64,000 nucleotides of DNA from a virus (Duplodnaviria; Caudoviricetes), in IMG/VR virus record IMGVR_UViG_3300023174_003901, positions 64,001 through 128,000 of that record, one strand, 5' to 3'. A program made the position numbers and the translations under genes. Below the pieces are notes generated by a model. The model worked only from the letters and a program-made list of their open reading frames with translations. It ran no database searches and had not been told where the DNA came from. This document shows positions 62,121 through 64,000 of the stretch, piece after piece. Position 1 is the first letter of the stretch. Each line of letters starts with the position of its first letter.

Positions 62121-63298
62121 TAGTATTTGGCCCCTGCTATGTGATTACGATACCTATTGCCTGAACGGTTCCACTTCTCGCCTGAACCTTGGATGATATC
62201 AACAATACGATCAACTGTGCCGTTGTTCCAGTCACTGATACGACCCATACTAGTATGTGGCGAAACCAACAACGGATCTAACTTGTTCATAGCATCAGCC
62301 ATGCTCCAAGGAACATAAAGACGTTCCGGATCATTGGCAAAGGTCTCAGGGAAACTACGATAAGCAGGGTAAAGAACATTACACCCTAGAGTATCAGCCT
62401 CAGAGACGGTGTTGCTGACCCAATCTTGAAGGGCACAATTAAAGAGACAACGAGTATCATTAAGCAAAGCGTAGTATTCATTTTTGTTCAAATTCTCATG
62501 TATTTCTAACAAGCCGGCGGCTGCCAATGCTCGAGCACGATACACATAGTCTGGATTGTTTGATCTCAGTGGACCACCTTGAAAGATAGCAAACTTCACA
62601 CTAGGGTCGGTTGCCTGATACTGTTCAGCCAGGTCCATGAAGAAGCCGGGCTGTTTCTCTTGATCAAATCTTGCGGCAAAGCCCACACGCAGTTGACGCT
62701 CGTGGAATAGTCGAATGTTGTTGGCACCGTCAATGCGTTCCAGAACTTCTGCCTTGCCAAATGCTAGGCCACTAATATTGTATATAGGAGCATGCCATCC
62801 AGCAATGCGCATATGAGCAACCATCTCTTCGTTCGTGGCGAGAACTCCTGTCGCAAACTCATTAACCATTTGTTCGTAGAGCCCCATCCATTTTGCCATA
62901 CCCCATACATGTACGAAATCATCAGGATCAATGGACTGAGCAAGACACCTAACATATACACGGGGACGTTGATCAGCAGTAACTTGATCAAGAATATAGG
63001 GCAGGCTCTCGATTCCAGGTTGAAACATGTCTTCAAAGTAGATAACATCTTCATTGGTAACTTCTCCGTTCTTCATCAACTGAACCAGGTTCATCATCTG
63101 GCTCATGCCAAAGTAACTGCGACCATGTGCATCCAACACTTGCCCTACACTGATAGCCTGTGTGTTGTCAATAGTGACACCTGGAACATAAACCACGTCC
63201 AGACCTCTACGGTCAAAAACTCTTCGGTTCCACTCTGTCAGTTGTAGTGTGTAGCGGCCTTGATAACTTTCAAGACCCATGTAGTATAGTTTTCTCAT
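62120..63298 (-). CDS. GT-B glycosyltransferase-like protein
   Basis: FAARFDQEKQP; ALQDWVSNT..EA...GC..LYP. Confidence 0.6.
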   Translation of the reverse strand: MRKLYYMGLESYQGRYTLQLTEWNRRVFDRRGLDVVYVPGVTIDNTQAISVGQVLDAHGRSYFGMSQMMNLVQLMKNGEVTNEDVIYFEDMFQPGIESLPYILDQVTADQRPRVYVRCLAQSIDPDDFVHVWGMAKWMGLYEQMVNEFATGVLATNEEMVAHMRIAGWHAPIYNISGLAFGKAEVLERIDGANNIRLFHERQLRVGFAARFDQEKQPGFFMDLAEQYQATDPSVKFAIFQGGPLRSNNPDYVYRARALAAAGLLEIHENLNKNEYYALLNDTRCLFNCALQDWVSNTVSEADTLGCNVLYPAYRSFPETFANDPERLYVPWSMADAMNKLDPLLVSPHTSMGRISDWNNGTVDRIVDIIQGSGEKWNRSGNRYRNHIAGAKY

Positions 63299-63519
63299 CA
63301 GAACCTCGATGCAAAGCGACGTGTGTCTTCGTCCCACATGTTCTTGGCAGTCTTGCCCTGGACATGTTTATTAAACTGCTGGAACGCATAACTGCGGAAG
63401 TTATACAAGTCCGCTTCGTTGAAGCGATATCCGTAGTCTTGTACAAACTCGCGATAGCGATCCAGATCCTCCCATACTTGTTGAGTTCGAGCATTGAGTT
63501 TGATTTGTGGCTTGGCCAT
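63298..63519 (-). CDS. Hypothetical protein
   Basis: Start MAKPQ with AAGGA RBS. Confidence 0.65.
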   Translation of the reverse strand: MAKPQIKLNARTQQVWEDLDRYREFVQDYGYRFNEADLYNFRSYAFQQFNKHVQGKTAKNMWDEDTRRFASRF

Positions 63520-63529
63520 TTTACTTCCT

Positions 63530-64000
63530 TTAAAAATAATAACTAGACATTTGATTGTTGGCACGCCATTGATCATGCAGGCGTTGTGCTGGTGCTAGAT
63601 CAATGTTGATACCGAGAAAACTATTTAGACGATCCCATGTGCCATTGTAATTTATAACACTATGCCATAGATCTGTCAATGGAAACGAGAATATATCACA
63701 CTCTTGACCGGTGAAATAAGTGCTGTACATTTGTGGTTGATACAAAAAATATTGTTCTTCATGTAGATAATAGTCATGACTTTGTTGGCCCAATCGTTTC
63801 TGACGATGTTGTAACACTCGACGATCCTGCGGAGTATCGATGTTTACAATCACAAATCTTTTGTTTTGTATATTGTTGATTGTTTCTCTAAATGGAGACA
63901 GTTCACCAAAGTGTCCGTGTAGAATAAAATCTCCCGAACTAGACAATGCATCAGCCATGCGATATTGATTCATGTTACGACCGGATGTGCTGTGAACTTC
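63530..64000 (-). CDS. Hypothetical protein, probably partial (frame open to window end)
   Basis: Frame continues upstream of ATG 63973. Confidence 0.55.
   Translation of the reverse strand, partial: EVHSTSGRNMNQYRMADALSSSGDFILHGHFGELSPFRETINNIQNKRFVIVNIDTPQDRRVLQHRQKRLGQQSHDYYLHEEQYFLYQPQMYSTYFTGQECDIFSFPLTDLWHSVINYNGTWDRLNSFLGINIDLAPAQRLHDQWRANNQMSSYYF

Noticed and set aside
1-64000. CRISPR array, integrase, transposase, reverse transcriptase/DGR
   Set aside because: No regularly spaced repeats or diagnostic motifs seen.
1-64000. Alternative genetic code
   Set aside because: Conserved genes are full length under the standard code, TAA/TAG/TGA all end ORFs, and there is no suppressor tRNA.

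Overview
This window looks like part of a large T4-like/jumbo tailed phage genome in the standard genetic code. Host hints point to freshwater Betaproteobacteria, which is an inference. Layout: (1) 1-4029, late virion/tail genes; (2) 4.1-25 kb, a large modification cluster with glycosyltransferase-like genes, six near-tandem radical-SAM proteins with N-terminal SPASM/twitch-like motifs, a carbamoyltransferase, a DegT aminotransferase and an epimerase; (3) 25-35 kb, thyX, a MoxR/vWA pair, a Bug/TctC binding protein and an rpoZ-like gene; (4) 35.2-35.6 kb, a circularly permuted two-piece tmRNA (tag ANDEQFALAA) with a possible micro-ORF in its intervening segment; (5) 36.8-42.9 kb, a minus-strand array of 27 tRNAs covering all 20 amino acids (a 28th lies at 47.0 kb), interleaved with several stem-closed structured RNA candidates; (6) 43-64 kb, ahpCD, small early genes, a 5'-3' exonuclease, folE/queD/queE and more glycan genes. 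The top finding is at the head of the tRNA array. A 47-codon leader ORF using all 20 amino acids and 41 different codons overlaps an antiterminator hairpin that is mutually exclusive with an intrinsic terminator. This is the layout of a ribosome-coupled attenuator that could sense a shortage of almost any tRNA. All calls come from manual motif reading; no database searches or folding programs were run.
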